DNA from: Gemmatimonadales bacterium
Lineage (GTDB): Bacteria; Gemmatimonadota; Gemmatimonadetes; Gemmatimonadales; GWC2-71-9
Reading direction: 5' to 3'
DNA: 64,000 nt
Assembly: GCA_037189525.1 (NCBI GenBank)
Contig: JBBCJC010000001.1
Span: forward strand, 480,001-544,000
Shown: in pieces, positions 9,188 through 19,108 of the stretch
How the letters are laid out: each line of letters starts with the position of its first letter
How positions within the stretch are numbered: the stretch's first letter is position 1
The notes under the pieces: model-generated
Database searches by the model: none
The model's input: only the letters and a program-made list of their open reading frames with translations
What the model was told of the DNA's origin: nothing
Translations under genes and position numbers: made by a program

Positions 9188-10708
9188 GTGCACCCGCTCG
9201 TCCCGATACTCGCTGTAGTGTCAGCCGTCACGGCAACTCCACTCGTTCTGCAGGCCCAGACGCCGGCCGAACGGCTAACCGGCTATTTCGATGCACTCGC
9301 TCGCATCGGGCAGTTCAACGGAGCAATCCTCGTCGCCGATCGGGATCGGGTCGTTCTGAAACGGGCATACGGGCCCGCGGATCTTGCGTCCGGCACTCCC
9401 CTCACGGTGGGCAGCCGTTTTCCGATCGCGTCGATTTCCAAGACATTTACGGCCACGGCCATCCTGCAGCTCGTGGAGCGAAAAGTCCTTTCGCTGAATG
9501 ACGCGGTCGCCACGCGCCTGCCAGGCTTTCCGTATCCCAACATTACGATCGCGCACCTGCTGTCGCATACGTCGGGACTGCCGTCGTACAATACCTTCTT
9601 CGATTTCGAGCAGCATCCGGGCCGAGTTTTCACGAATGCCGACCTGGTGGCGGGGCTGGTAGACAATCCGAAGCCGCTTCGCTATCCACCCGGCACCAAC
9701 GGCAACTACGACAATATCAATTACGCCGTACTGGCGCTGATCCTTGAGCGTGTGTCCGGCCAGTCCTATGTCGACTACATCCAGGCGCACATCCTGAAGC
9801 CGGCCGGGATGACCAGCACCGCATTCGAATCGTTCTGCCGCCAGCTCGACACAACGGTATCCCGGCGCGACGCCGCGTATCCGCACCTCCGACCGAATCT
9901 GTATAGCGACGCGGTGCGAACCAGCAGCGTCCCGTTCATCCGCCAATATTGGTGCGCCTACCAGTTTCACGGCTTTGGCGAGTACGTCAGCACGCTCGAT
10001 GACCTGCATCGATATGCGCGAGCGCTCTTTGGAGGCCGGCTACTCGCTCTCGAAACCTTGCGCCCGTCATTGATTCCGGTCCGTCTGACAAACGGCGCGC
10101 CCAATCCAAGACCATTCGGACTGGGCTGGGAGATCAGCAGCGACTCGACCCGTCCCGGCATCGTCCATCACGGCGGCTACGCATTCGGCTTGAGTTCCGA
10201 GCTGGCTTACGATCCGGCACGGCAGCAGACCGTGATCGTATACGACGTGGTGAACGGAAATGCCGGTAGCCTCATGAACACGGCATTCGATCTGCTGGCG
10301 GGCCGCTCGGTGCAACCGCCCCGCCGCCAGATCGTGGACCTCTACGCTCGCGCCCTCGTCAGCGAAGGACCGGAAGCTGCGCGGCGGCTCTTCGACAGTC
10401 TGAAAGCCGACACGGCCAGCTACACCTATGTCGAACAGGACCTCAACGCACTCGGCTACGATCTGATGGGCCAGCCCAGTGGCTATCGTTTCCCCGTAGT
10501 GCACCGGTACGAGGAGGCGATCGCTGCGCTCGGGCTCAACACCGAGCTCTTTCCGAACAGCGCCAACGTGTGGGACAGCTATGGCGAGGCGTTACTGAAA
10601 GCCGGGCGGCGGGATCAGGCTCTGGCGATGTATCGGAAGGCGCTGGCGATCGACTCGACCTATGCAACAGCGCGTCGGATGGTCGACAGCCTCACGGCGC
10701 AACCATAG
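9188..10708 (+). CDS. Serine hydrolase (class C beta-lactamase-like) with C-terminal TPR
   Basis: ASISK (SxxK), LLSHTSGL, YDN (YxN), HGG, TPR FPNSANVWDSYGEA; signal peptide. Confidence 0.88.
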   Translation: MHPLVPILAVVSAVTATPLVLQAQTPAERLTGYFDALARIGQFNGAILVADRDRVVLKRAYGPADLASGTPLTVGSRFPIASISKTFTATAILQLVERKVLSLNDAVATRLPGFPYPNITIAHLLSHTSGLPSYNTFFDFEQHPGRVFTNADLVAGLVDNPKPLRYPPGTNGNYDNINYAVLALILERVSGQSYVDYIQAHILKPAGMTSTAFESFCRQLDTTVSRRDAAYPHLRPNLYSDAVRTSSVPFIRQYWCAYQFHGFGEYVSTLDDLHRYARALFGGRLLALETLRPSLIPVRLTNGAPNPRPFGLGWEISSDSTRPGIVHHGGYAFGLSSELAYDPARQQTVIVYDVVNGNAGSLMNTAFDLLAGRSVQPPRRQIVDLYARALVSEGPEAARRLFDSLKADTASYTYVEQDLNALGYDLMGQPSGYRFPVVHRYEEAIAALGLNTELFPNSANVWDSYGEALLKAGRRDQALAMYRKALAIDSTYATARRMVDSLTAQP

Positions 10709-10715
10709 CAGGCGG

Positions 10716-10800
10716 TCAGCCGCGAAGCCAGAGACCGATCACGGCTGCGAGAACCGTGACCCAGCTGGCCACCAGCCAGCGGGTAAAAGTTGAGTTCGTC
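10716..10800 (-). pseudogene. Remnant of the 11-aa-repeat coiled-coil gene (stalk deleted)
   Basis: 3' end nearly identical to copies at 8520 and 12401, joined out of frame to aaagttgagttcgt from the neck region (compare 12899). Confidence 0.7.
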
Positions 10801-10888
10801 ATTCGGGAATAACTCGGCGAGTTTTGCGCTTGCCGGGTTTTACCATGCCCGGTAGCTTGGGTACGTTTTCTTCCCGGGAAAATTTCCG

Positions 10889-12331
10889 ATGTCATTCGCT
10901 TCGCGAGCAAAAGCGGGTCTGATCCTTCTGGTGGCAGGCGCGCAGTTCGGCTGTTCGAACGAAACCCTCCGCGGTGAAGAGGTCGCGGTCCTGACCGCGC
11001 CGCCGTTGGTTCCGGCGCCGATTACCCGGCGGCATCCCACCAAGGTCATCGTCAGGCTCGAGGCGCACGAAGAAACCAGCAGCCTCGCTGACGGGGTGGA
11101 CTACACCTTCTGGACCTTCGGTGGCACGGTCCCCGGATCGTTCATCCGGGTCCGCGAGGGCGACGTAGTGGAGTTCCACCTGGCGAACCATCCTTCGAGC
11201 AAGAATCCGCACAACATCGATCTGCACGCGGTCAACGGCCCGGGCGGAGGCGCCTCGGCGTCTCTCGTGACGCCAGGGCAACAGTCGATGTTCACCTTCT
11301 CCGCCCTGAATCCGGGCCTCTATGTCTACCATTGTGCGACTGCTCCGGTCGGAATGCACATTGCGAACGGCATGTACGGCCTGATCCTCGTCGAGCCCAA
11401 GGCTGGCCTGCCGCCGGTGGATCGCGAGTATTACGTGCAGCAGGGTGAGTTCTACACCCGTGGAAACTTCGGGGTCGCGGGCCATCAGCCGTTCGACATG
11501 CAGCGCGCCATCAACGAAGATCCGGCCTACGTCGTCTTCAACGGCTCGGTCGGTGCGCTGATGGGCGACAAGGCGCTCACCGCGAACGTGGGAGAGACGG
11601 TGCGGCTCTATGTCGGCAACGGCGGCCCGAACCTGGTGTCGTCCTTCCACGTCATCGGCGAGATCTTCGACCGCGTGTACACCGAAGGCGGCACCAGGCC
11701 CCCCAACGAAAACGTGCAGACCACGCTGATCCCGGCCGGGGGCGCGGCCATCGTCGAGTTCAAGGTCGAGACCACGGGCAATTACCTGCTGGTCGATCAC
11801 TCCATCTTCCGCGCCTTCAACAAAGGGGCGATCGGCACGCTGGCAGTGGGCGGGGTAGCGGACAGCGGCGTGTTCTCGGGTCGCCAGTTCGAGGGGATCT
11901 ATCAGCCCGAGGGCGGGGCAATGCAGCGGATGCCGGAGAGCCAGGCCGCTGCACCGCCGGTTGCGCGTACGGTCGCTGAACAGATGACCATGGGTGAGCG
12001 AGTCTACACCCAGAACTGCGCTCCCTGTCACCAGCCGAGCGGTTCCGGGATCAAAGGTGCATTCCCGCCGCTCGCGGGCTCGGACTACCTCAACGCCGAC
12101 GTGACGCGCGCCATCGGCGTGGTGCTGCACGGTCTTTCCGGTGCGGTCACCGTCAACGGTGAGCAGTACAACGGCCTGATGCCGGCGCTTGCCCTCACCG
12201 ACGAGGATGTGGCCAACGTGATGACGTACGTGTACGGCCAGTGGGGCAACAACGGAACGCGGGTCACGGTCGAGCAGGTACGCCGGATCCGCGACGCCGG
12301 TGGAAAGCGTGTGAACATGGATGCACACTGA
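10889..12331 (+). CDS. nirK: Copper nitrite reductase (AniA-type) with fused C-terminal cytochrome c
   Basis: HNIDLH, YHCA...HIANGM, SSFHVIG, VDH Cu/catalytic motifs; C-terminal CAPCH haem motif. Confidence 0.95.
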   Translation: MSFASRAKAGLILLVAGAQFGCSNETLRGEEVAVLTAPPLVPAPITRRHPTKVIVRLEAHEETSSLADGVDYTFWTFGGTVPGSFIRVREGDVVEFHLANHPSSKNPHNIDLHAVNGPGGGASASLVTPGQQSMFTFSALNPGLYVYHCATAPVGMHIANGMYGLILVEPKAGLPPVDREYYVQQGEFYTRGNFGVAGHQPFDMQRAINEDPAYVVFNGSVGALMGDKALTANVGETVRLYVGNGGPNLVSSFHVIGEIFDRVYTEGGTRPPNENVQTTLIPAGGAAIVEFKVETTGNYLLVDHSIFRAFNKGAIGTLAVGGVADSGVFSGRQFEGIYQPEGGAMQRMPESQAAAPPVARTVAEQMTMGERVYTQNCAPCHQPSGSGIKGAFPPLAGSDYLNADVTRAIGVVLHGLSGAVTVNGEQYNGLMPALALTDEDVANVMTYVYGQWGNNGTRVTVEQVRRIRDAGGKRVNMDAH

Positions 12332-12400
12332 TCGTCGCAATTCCCGGCCCTGACAAAGAAACGAGCCCGCCTTCAGGCCCCGCGCCGCAAGGGGGGCGGG

Positions 12401-13036
12401 TCAGCCGCGCAGCCAGAGACCGATCACCCCTCCAACCAGGGTAACCCAGTTGGCCACCAGCCAGCGGGTCTGCTTGGCGAGCCGCTTTTCCATCCTCGCA
12501 TCGAGCCGTGCCTCGAGGGCAGCAAGCTTGGCATCGAAGCGGGCGTCGATGCGGGTTTCGAGCGCCGCCAGCTTGTCATCGATGCGGGTTTCGAGCGTCG
12601 CCAGTTTGTCATCAAAACGGGTTTCGACCGCCGCCAGCTTGACGTCGATGCGGGCTTCGAACGCCGCCAGCTTGTCATCAAAACGGGTTTCGAGTGCCGC
12701 CAGCTTGACGTCGATGCGGGCTTCGAACACCGCCAGCTTATCATCAAAACGGGTTTCGAGTGCCGCCAGCTTGGCATCGAAACGGGCCTCGAGTTCTGCC
12801 AGCTTGACGTTCAAGCGGGCTTCGAATTCCGCCAGCTTGACGTCGACCTGCGCCTTGAACTCCGCCAAACGTTGCTCCAGCTTGGCGTCGAAACGGGCAA
12901 AGTTGAGTTCGTTGAACTCCCGGAGGTCCGCCCGGTACGTGGTATCCACGGCGTTGAACCAATCCACCAGTTCCTGGGCCACCCGCTCGCCAAGACGGTC
13001 GTAGAATTCCTGTGACAACCTGGCCGTCACTGGCAT
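12401..13036 (-). CDS. DUF1640/CCDC90-like coiled-coil membrane protein with 11-aa repeats, copy 2
   Basis: Same N-terminus as 8520-9032 (MPVTARLSQEFYDRLGE), about 10 repeat units, TM tail. Confidence 0.75.
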   Translation of the reverse strand: MPVTARLSQEFYDRLGERVAQELVDWFNAVDTTYRADLREFNELNFARFDAKLEQRLAEFKAQVDVKLAEFEARLNVKLAELEARFDAKLAALETRFDDKLAVFEARIDVKLAALETRFDDKLAAFEARIDVKLAAVETRFDDKLATLETRIDDKLAALETRIDARFDAKLAALEARLDARMEKRLAKQTRWLVANWVTLVGGVIGLWLRG

Positions 13037-13116
13037 CGACTGGCTCCTGGTGAAGTGTCCAGCCGATACGATACAAGCTAGGGCCGAGCCGTGCGGTCCC
13101 GAAAGCCCCCGAATAG

Positions 13117-13242
13117 GATCATTTCAACACCGGGCGCTTCGATCGGCCCGAGATCATCAGCGACACCTTGCGGTGGCGCGTCGACCAGGACCAGCCGGAG
13201 ACCGCGATCGACCTGGCCCGGCTCTTTGCGGACCTGCCGTAG
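13117..13242 (+). pseudogene. Possible Uma2/DUF820 endonuclease C-terminal fragment
   Basis: Hand translation DHFNTGRFDRPEIISDTLRWRVDQDQPETAIDLARLFADLP*; preceded by in-frame TAG, no start. Confidence 0.4.
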
Positions 13243-13354
13243 TTCAAACGCTGCAAGGTGTCCGCGCGCTCCATGGTGGCCTCGAGGCAACCTCGACCAA
13301 CGGGAGAATGAGCAAGGCGGAGCAGCCAGCTTCGACTGCCCCGCCCTTCCAGAC

Positions 13355-14065
13355 CTATGCGGCCTTGTCATCGACGCTCATCCCAGGCAGCTGATCGGGC
13401 GTCGGCGCGGCTGGCTCGGCTCGGTCGCGCGGCTTGAGCGGTCCGGGCGCCTTGAAGGCGCTCAGCCAGGTCGCGAGGCGCGCCGAATCGCGGGCGTAGC
13501 GATGGCGGTTGAGTCCATCGAGCCGGCGAAGCAGGTTCATCATCTCCGCACCGACCGGGAACAGCTCCGCGCGGGCCTGAATCCGGGCAGCCTTCGACTC
13601 GGAAGCCTGGTGCGCATAGGACTCATACTCGGTGAGCAGCGCCGTCGCTTCGTCGATCATCCCGGGTTCGATCCCGAACGGCTGCACCAGCTCGAGGTGG
13701 GTGCGCGCGGCCGCGATGAGCGACTGGGCCCGGGTCAGAAATCCGAGCGCCGAGCCGTCCGTCGGAACCGATCGAAAGTCCTTGGCGAGCGCGGGGTGGG
13801 ATCGGGCGGCCTCCTGCCCGGCGCCGGCGAAGAACCGGAGGAGCCCGGTGCTCAGATGCTTCCGGATCGTCTCCTTCCGCATCACAGCGCGGGCGCGCGC
13901 CTGGTCGCGCTCCTCGCGGGTGCGGATCAGCTCCTTGGTGCGCTCGATCAGAGTGCCGAGCCGCTGCGTGATGGCCTCGGGCCCGGGGCCTTCGAACGGG
14001 TTGTTCCGGACGAACGCGAGCGATTCCTCCGCTCGTCCAACGATTCTGCGGAAACGCGACAGCAT
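13355..14065 (-). CDS. Hypothetical alpha-helical protein
   Basis: ATG at 14065 with GGAGGA RBS; host-like codon usage; no recognised motif. Confidence 0.7.
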   Translation of the reverse strand: MLSRFRRIVGRAEESLAFVRNNPFEGPGPEAITQRLGTLIERTKELIRTREERDQARARAVMRKETIRKHLSTGLLRFFAGAGQEAARSHPALAKDFRSVPTDGSALGFLTRAQSLIAAARTHLELVQPFGIEPGMIDEATALLTEYESYAHQASESKAARIQARAELFPVGAEMMNLLRRLDGLNRHRYARDSARLATWLSAFKAPGPLKPRDRAEPAAPTPDQLPGMSVDDKAA

Positions 14066-14354
14066 GGTATCCTCCCTCGCCGTAACCGGCGTTCTGTGCA
14101 TCTCCGACAGAATGCTCTTCCGGATTTCTCGTGCCACATTTTCGGCCGCTTCGGAAATCGGCGGGGTTTGACAGCCTGACAGATCGGGCGCAAGTCGTTG
14201 ATTCGCTACGGGGTTAGGGTGCCGGCGAGGTGGTCGATTTCCGGCGCGGCAGGTCGGCAGGACCAGCCGACACGTTGATCGGTCAGTGTCAACGGAAGGG
14301 GACAGTGTCCCCAGGTCAAAGGACACCTGCGCACCGATCTCCTGGGGCACCCGA

Positions 14355-14875
14355 GTGCTCAGTGGCTCGCGGCAATGCTCGGCGAGCCGCGACTCGTGTT
14401 CGGTGACTCAGGGCGGTGGTATAGGTACCTGCGGCAGTGGTTCGGTCGTTCGCGGATGTGTTAGGGGGCTCACGGCGGCGGCCTCGTTGCCTGCGGCTTC
14501 GGTCAGGTTGTCCGCGGCGCCGGTCAGGTCAGGGAACGGTTCGTTTCAGGATCTCGCGGTGGGGGATACGTAACCCGCGGCGTTGGTCAGGTGACGGACA
14601 GGTGCCGTCACGCGACCCGAGGCGAGTGTCCGGGCATCCGCGGCAAGGGTTCGGGGGCTTGCGGCGGTGTTGGCCTGCCGGAAGCATTTGCTCGGTGAGC
14701 CGAGCCGACCGTCCAACGACCCCCGCGGGTTGTGCGGTTGCTCGCGGCAGCTGTCCCGGTGCTCGCGGCGAGGGCTCGGTTGCTCGCGACCGTACTCGAT
14801 GATCCAAGGCGATGACGTCGGAATCCACGGCGAGGGATCGGCTTCCCGCGCCTCGGCCTGGACCCCCGCGGAAGC
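14355..14875. repeat. Degenerate tandem array, period 20-21 bp, about 25 units
   Basis: YGCGG-like cores at 14368, 14388, 14409, 14430, 14451, 14471, 14492, 14513, 14555, 14576, 14618, 14639, 14660, 14743, 14764, 14785, 14805, 14826, 14847, 14867. Confidence 0.7.
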
Positions 14876-14881
14876 GGCCGA

Positions 14882-14903
14882 TGTCACACCCCTGCCCCAA
14901 CTT
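14882..14903 (+). promoter_or_regulatory. PafBC-type promoter-like motif
   Basis: TGTCAC-acccctgccc-CAACTT, 44 bp before the ATG at 14947; shares TGTCACACCC with the 19109-19130 site. Confidence 0.45.
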
Positions 14904-14946
14904 CTCCGGTGGCCCATCACGATCATCCCTATCCGGAGGAAGACCC

Positions 14947-15447
14947 ATGGTTTCCCGCCATAGCGTCACGCTGTCGGCGCTGCTTCTCACCCTCAGCGGT
15001 TGTGCCACGATCGTCGGCGGCGGCTCCGCCCAGCCCGTGGCGATCCGTTCGACACCGACCACCGCAAACTTCATCGTCACCTCCAGTTCTGGTCTGCAGA
15101 TGGCCCAGGGCACCACGCCGCAGACCATCCGGCTCGCACGGAAGAATGAGTACCAGGTCGAGTTCACAGCACCCGGGTTCCAGCCGCAGAAAGTTGTGCT
15201 GTCACGAGGCACCAACGGGTGGATCTGGGGTAACCTGCTCGTCGGCTGGATCGTCGGCTTCGCGGTCGACTTCGCAACCGGCTCCGCCTACAAGCTCGAA
15301 CCGGCACTCGTGGAGATCACGCTCGTCGGATCGCGCACGGCCTCGGGCGAGGAACAGACCAGCGCCGTGGTCCGGATGCTCGATGGAAAGGGCCGCGTGA
15401 TCAGCAAGGCCGAGGTTCCACTGATTCCGGAGCAGGTAACGCAGTAA
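14947..15447 (+). CDS. Lipoprotein with PEGA-like domain
   Basis: GGAGG RBS; lipobox LSGC; ATIVGG..Q.V.IRSTP and WIWGNLLVG...VDFATG.AYKL.P. Confidence 0.75.
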   Translation: MVSRHSVTLSALLLTLSGCATIVGGGSAQPVAIRSTPTTANFIVTSSSGLQMAQGTTPQTIRLARKNEYQVEFTAPGFQPQKVVLSRGTNGWIWGNLLVGWIVGFAVDFATGSAYKLEPALVEITLVGSRTASGEEQTSAVVRMLDGKGRVISKAEVPLIPEQVTQ

Positions 15448-15549
15448 CGCGGAGCGAGCCATCGAGGGCCGCGCACATGGCGTCGCGCGACCCTCGAGCC
15501 CCTCCTCCCAGTACGAAGCCGTGCAAGGCGAGGAGGCCCATCCCGCTTT

Positions 15550-17112
15550 TCAAGCGGGCCTGAGCACCTCACGCCCCCGTCCTTCGAACCAGCTCCTCTT
15601 CTGGGTGTGGACCGGCAGGAGCCGCTCCGCATTGATCGTCCCGACGACCCACTCCATCCCAGCCGCATGAATGTGGCCGGAGGCATGGAACGGCCCCGCC
15701 TCCGCGCCTGGCAGGCCACCCACGCGTTTCAAATCCCAGAGGTCGAGCCAGGCAGTCAGGCGCTCATGATCGACTTTCTGCTCCTCACCTCGGGCCTCGG
15801 AACTGGAGTAGATGTAGGTACCACCGTTCGGTTCGATGTCGATCAGGTTGGTGATATCCCAGTAGGACAGGCAGAGGATGTAGTCACCTGGCCGACGGCG
15901 GATCGTGGCGGCATCGACGATTGCGTCGGCGAAACCCTCGAGCACCGGGGACTCCCACGCCCCGATCGAGGAGCGCTGCGCCCGGAGAATCCCGACGCCC
16001 GCGCCGGTCTTCGGGATGGCCGGATCGACGACGTGCATCTGTTCGAGCAGGTAGGCATCCTTGGTCGTCACCACGAGCCGGCGCCCGACTTCGGTGGCAA
16101 TCTCGTGGAAGCTGCGGAGACGCTCGATGTTACGGGCCGAGAAGTCGGCGACGACGAGGCCGGGCTCGCGGCGAACGACATCGAGGCAGGCCTCTTTGAC
16201 TTCCTGCTCGGTGGTCGGCTCCTTCGAGGAGAGGTTCGTACCCTCGACGATGAGCAGCGCGGGTTTGAGCGCGGCCATCTCCTCAGCCATCCGCCTGGTC
16301 CGCCAGCCGGAGTGGCCGTGGAGGCGGATGTCGCCGGTATAACAGATCCAGCCGATGGGGGTGTTGACCGCCCAGGCGCCGGAGCCGGGAATCGAGTGAT
16401 CCACCCGGAAGAAGCGAAGCTTGTCGGGGTCGAGTTTGCAGTGGTCGAACGCCGCCGGCTGGTACACAGTTTTGGGGCCAGGCACGCTGCCAAAGAACGG
16501 CTCCAAGGCGAGCTTCGCAGCGCGAATGGCGTCGTCGTGCTCGGCGATGAAATGCGGGCGGCCTGCGCGGGAGGCAGGCTTGACGGCTTCGAGCAAACCC
16601 GACTTGCCCACCGTCTTGGGCGCAACGTAGCAGTATTGCGCCTCCGGGCCGCCACCGCCGATGTCCTGCATTGCCTTGCCGATCAAGGCGGTCATCAGAC
16701 CGGTGTACACCGGAATCTCGGGCTTCAGAAAGCCGAGACAGCCGTTGTGGTCCTGGTGCGCATGGGACAGCAACACGGCGTCGAGACCATCGAGCTTGCG
16801 GTATGACGAATGCCCGTGATACCGGCTCCAGAGATCCGGCTCGAGGCGGAGGTCGTCGCGATAGATGCCCTCGACCGGCGGCAGCAAGCCCACCGCGAGG
16901 AAGTCCCGGAGGCCGACCGCGGCGCGCGGGCTCAGGAACTCATCGAAGTACTTCCCGTTCCGTGCGAAGCTGGTGCCGAAGTCGAGGAAATACTTCCGAT
17001 CGGCAAACTCGAGGAGAATCTTGTTGCCGCCGATCTCGCCGGCGTCTCCGTCAGCGCCGAGGCCGCCGAAGACCGTGACGGCCAGATCGTCACCTACGGT
17101 ATAGCGACTCAT
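15550..17112 (-). CDS. Metallo-beta-lactamase/beta-CASP nuclease (RNase J-like)
   Basis: EIGGN, HAHQDH, DHSIPG, YTGD, HASGH, PVH motifs; ATGA overlap with upstream WYL gene. Confidence 0.85.
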   Translation of the reverse strand: MSRYTVGDDLAVTVFGGLGADGDAGEIGGNKILLEFADRKYFLDFGTSFARNGKYFDEFLSPRAAVGLRDFLAVGLLPPVEGIYRDDLRLEPDLWSRYHGHSSYRKLDGLDAVLLSHAHQDHNGCLGFLKPEIPVYTGLMTALIGKAMQDIGGGGPEAQYCYVAPKTVGKSGLLEAVKPASRAGRPHFIAEHDDAIRAAKLALEPFFGSVPGPKTVYQPAAFDHCKLDPDKLRFFRVDHSIPGSGAWAVNTPIGWICYTGDIRLHGHSGWRTRRMAEEMAALKPALLIVEGTNLSSKEPTTEQEVKEACLDVVRREPGLVVADFSARNIERLRSFHEIATEVGRRLVVTTKDAYLLEQMHVVDPAIPKTGAGVGILRAQRSSIGAWESPVLEGFADAIVDAATIRRRPGDYILCLSYWDITNLIDIEPNGGTYIYSSSEARGEEQKVDHERLTAWLDLWDLKRVGGLPGAEAGPFHASGHIHAAGMEWVVGTINAERLLPVHTQKRSWFEGRGREVLRPA

Positions 17113-18005
17113 GCCAGGGCTCTCCGCACCGCGGTTCGATAGCGTTCCGGCGACACGACCTCGGCGTCCGGCCCGTGGTCGAGCACTCGTCGCACCAGCC
17201 ACGCTTCGTTCGCCACCGCCAGCTCGACCTCGACTCGGCCGTCGCCCAGCACCCGATGATTGGGATACCGGGCCTGGACCCAGCGCGCGATGCCCGGGGC
17301 GAACCGGACGGTCACGGTTTCCAGCACATCGGGCGAGGCGCGGAACAGGTCGGCGGGTTCGACGACCTCACGGTAGTCGGCGCGCGGTTCGAAGCTCCCG
17401 CCGGTGACGCGCACGGCCGACGCGCGATCGAGCCGGAAGTGCCGCCATCCTTCGGCGGTCCAGGCAATCAGGTAGACCCGACCGCGATACTCGACGGTCC
17501 CATGCGGCAGGATGCTCCAGGTCCGAACGGCCTCCTCACCTTCCCCGGCATAGTCGAGGGCAATCTCGCGGCGGTCCTCAACCGCTTGCTCCACCGTCCG
17601 TCGCATCGCGTCGGACTCGCCATACTCCTCCGCGGGAGACGTTCTGCCCGCCATTGCCCGGTCGAGGCGGTCGGCAAGCCGAGCACCGTCGGGATCGCCC
17701 ATCAGCGCGACCTGGAGGGCGCATCGCTCCATCGGGGTGAGCACGAGCGGGCGCCGGAACGGCCCGCCGCTCGAGACGCTGAGCTGATCGTCCTGCTGCC
17801 AGACCGAGAGACTCAGAAGCCAGTCGTCGGCGGAGTGCTCACCGAGGGCGGTGAGGGTCCGGATATCAGAGGCGATTGTCTTCGGCGTCACGCCGAGCGA
17901 TGCGGCGACCTCGGCCAGGGTGGCGGCCTCCTGTCCGCGGCGCTCCCGGCGGCCCAGTTCGGCCACCATCTGGACGATCCGGGTGAGTTGCTTTGCGGCG
18001 CTCAT
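17109..18005 (-). CDS. pafC: HTH-WYL-WCX regulator, PafC-like
   Basis: N-terminal HTH (LAEVAASLGVTPKTIASDI), VYLIAW...RHFRLDR, WCX tail; second gene of the tandem pair. Confidence 0.8.
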   Translation of the reverse strand: MSAAKQLTRIVQMVAELGRRERRGQEAATLAEVAASLGVTPKTIASDIRTLTALGEHSADDWLLSLSVWQQDDQLSVSSGGPFRRPLVLTPMERCALQVALMGDPDGARLADRLDRAMAGRTSPAEEYGESDAMRRTVEQAVEDRREIALDYAGEGEEAVRTWSILPHGTVEYRGRVYLIAWTAEGWRHFRLDRASAVRVTGGSFEPRADYREVVEPADLFRASPDVLETVTVRFAPGIARWVQARYPNHRVLGDGRVEVELAVANEAWLVRRVLDHGPDAEVVSPERYRTAVRRALA

Positions 18006-19045
18006 CGGTCGGCTCCGTAGACCGCGGCGACCTGTTCACGCAGTGCGCCCAGCTCGGCTGCGAGGGTGGCGGGTTCCTCGATGCGAAGCTTGCTACCGAG
18101 CGAGAGGGCCCAGCGGAGGAAGGCCGGCCTGTCGCGAACGGTCATTTCGAGCGTGGCACCTCCACTATCGGTCTGACCCACCAGTGGCCTCCCGAGCTTG
18201 CGATTGACCGCCCAGCCCGCGGCGGGACCTTCGATCCGGACCCGGGCGGCCGTGGCGGGGCCGCCGCCCCACTCCCAGGGCGCCCGGCCGATCAGGCTCC
18301 GGACGTCGAAATCCTTGCGGGGCTGGAAGTCTGCACCGAGCGGCTCGACCTCATCGAGACTGTCGACGGGAAGGATCACGGCGTGATCACGGTCGCGATC
18401 CCAGCCAGCACAGTACCAGCGGCCCCACTGAAACAGCAAGCCATAGGGGTCGAACCGGACCTGACCGGGCTCGGGCGCACCAAGGGACCAATGTCGGCAG
18501 GTTACCGCGCGGTTAGCCGTTACCGCGTCCTGGAGGGCGGCGAGGGCCTTGGCGGTGCCGGTACCGAGCGAGTTGGCGAGGACCCGCTGGGCAGCGAGGG
18601 GTTCGAGGGGGAGATCGAACTCGAGCTTTCTGCGGAGCGACCTGGCGGCGTCGGCCCAGCCGGTCTCGGGCTGCTGGGCGAGCCGGCGGGTGGCCCGGTC
18701 GAGGAGGTCGAGCTCGTCGGTCGAGAGCTCGAGCGAACGGAGCGACCCGTAGGGGCGTTCGGGGGCGGTTTCGCCGGCCAGCTCGAGCTGGGGCAGGTAG
18801 ATCCCTTCTGCACGGAGGCGATAGCCGGGGACGCCGGATTCGTCCCGGGCGGGGACGGAGTCGATCCGGATGCCGAGGGATTCCAGGTCGGCCTTGTCTC
18901 GCTCGAACTTGCGGCGGGCGGATTCCTCGTCCTGGCCCTGGTAGCCGCGGACCTTGCTGAAGATCTGGGCCCGGGTGACGCCGAAGCGGTGATGGAGGAG
19001 GAAGGCGAGGAGGTCCATCCATCGGGCGGTCTTTTCAGCAGTCAC
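18002..19045 (-). CDS. pafB: HTH-WYL-WCX regulator, PafB-like
   Basis: ARRKFERDKADL signature, DPYGL...GRWYCAGWD; probable GTG start at 19045. Confidence 0.82.
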   Translation of the reverse strand: MTAEKTARWMDLLAFLLHHRFGVTRAQIFSKVRGYQGQDEESARRKFERDKADLESLGIRIDSVPARDESGVPGYRLRAEGIYLPQLELAGETAPERPYGSLRSLELSTDELDLLDRATRRLAQQPETGWADAARSLRRKLEFDLPLEPLAAQRVLANSLGTGTAKALAALQDAVTANRAVTCRHWSLGAPEPGQVRFDPYGLLFQWGRWYCAGWDRDRDHAVILPVDSLDEVEPLGADFQPRKDFDVRSLIGRAPWEWGGGPATAARVRIEGPAAGWAVNRKLGRPLVGQTDSGGATLEMTVRDRPAFLRWALSLGSKLRIEEPATLAAELGALREQVAAVYGADR

Positions 19046-19108
19046 ACAGCGGCTTCCGGTAAATGGCGGAGTGGCGAGTAGGCCTTGTATCGATTGACTA
19101 TCACTCAG

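Noticed and set aside
10790..10803. FNR/DNR box upstream of nirK
   Set aside because: ttgagttcgtcat does not fit TTGAT-N4-ATCAA and is explained as part of the coiled-coil gene remnant
8600..12900. 33-bp repeats as a CRISPR array
   Set aside because: Contiguous in-frame coding repeats with no unique spacers; no cas genes
14355..14875. 20-21 bp array as CRISPR
   Set aside because: Units are too short and degenerate, with no repeat-spacer alternation
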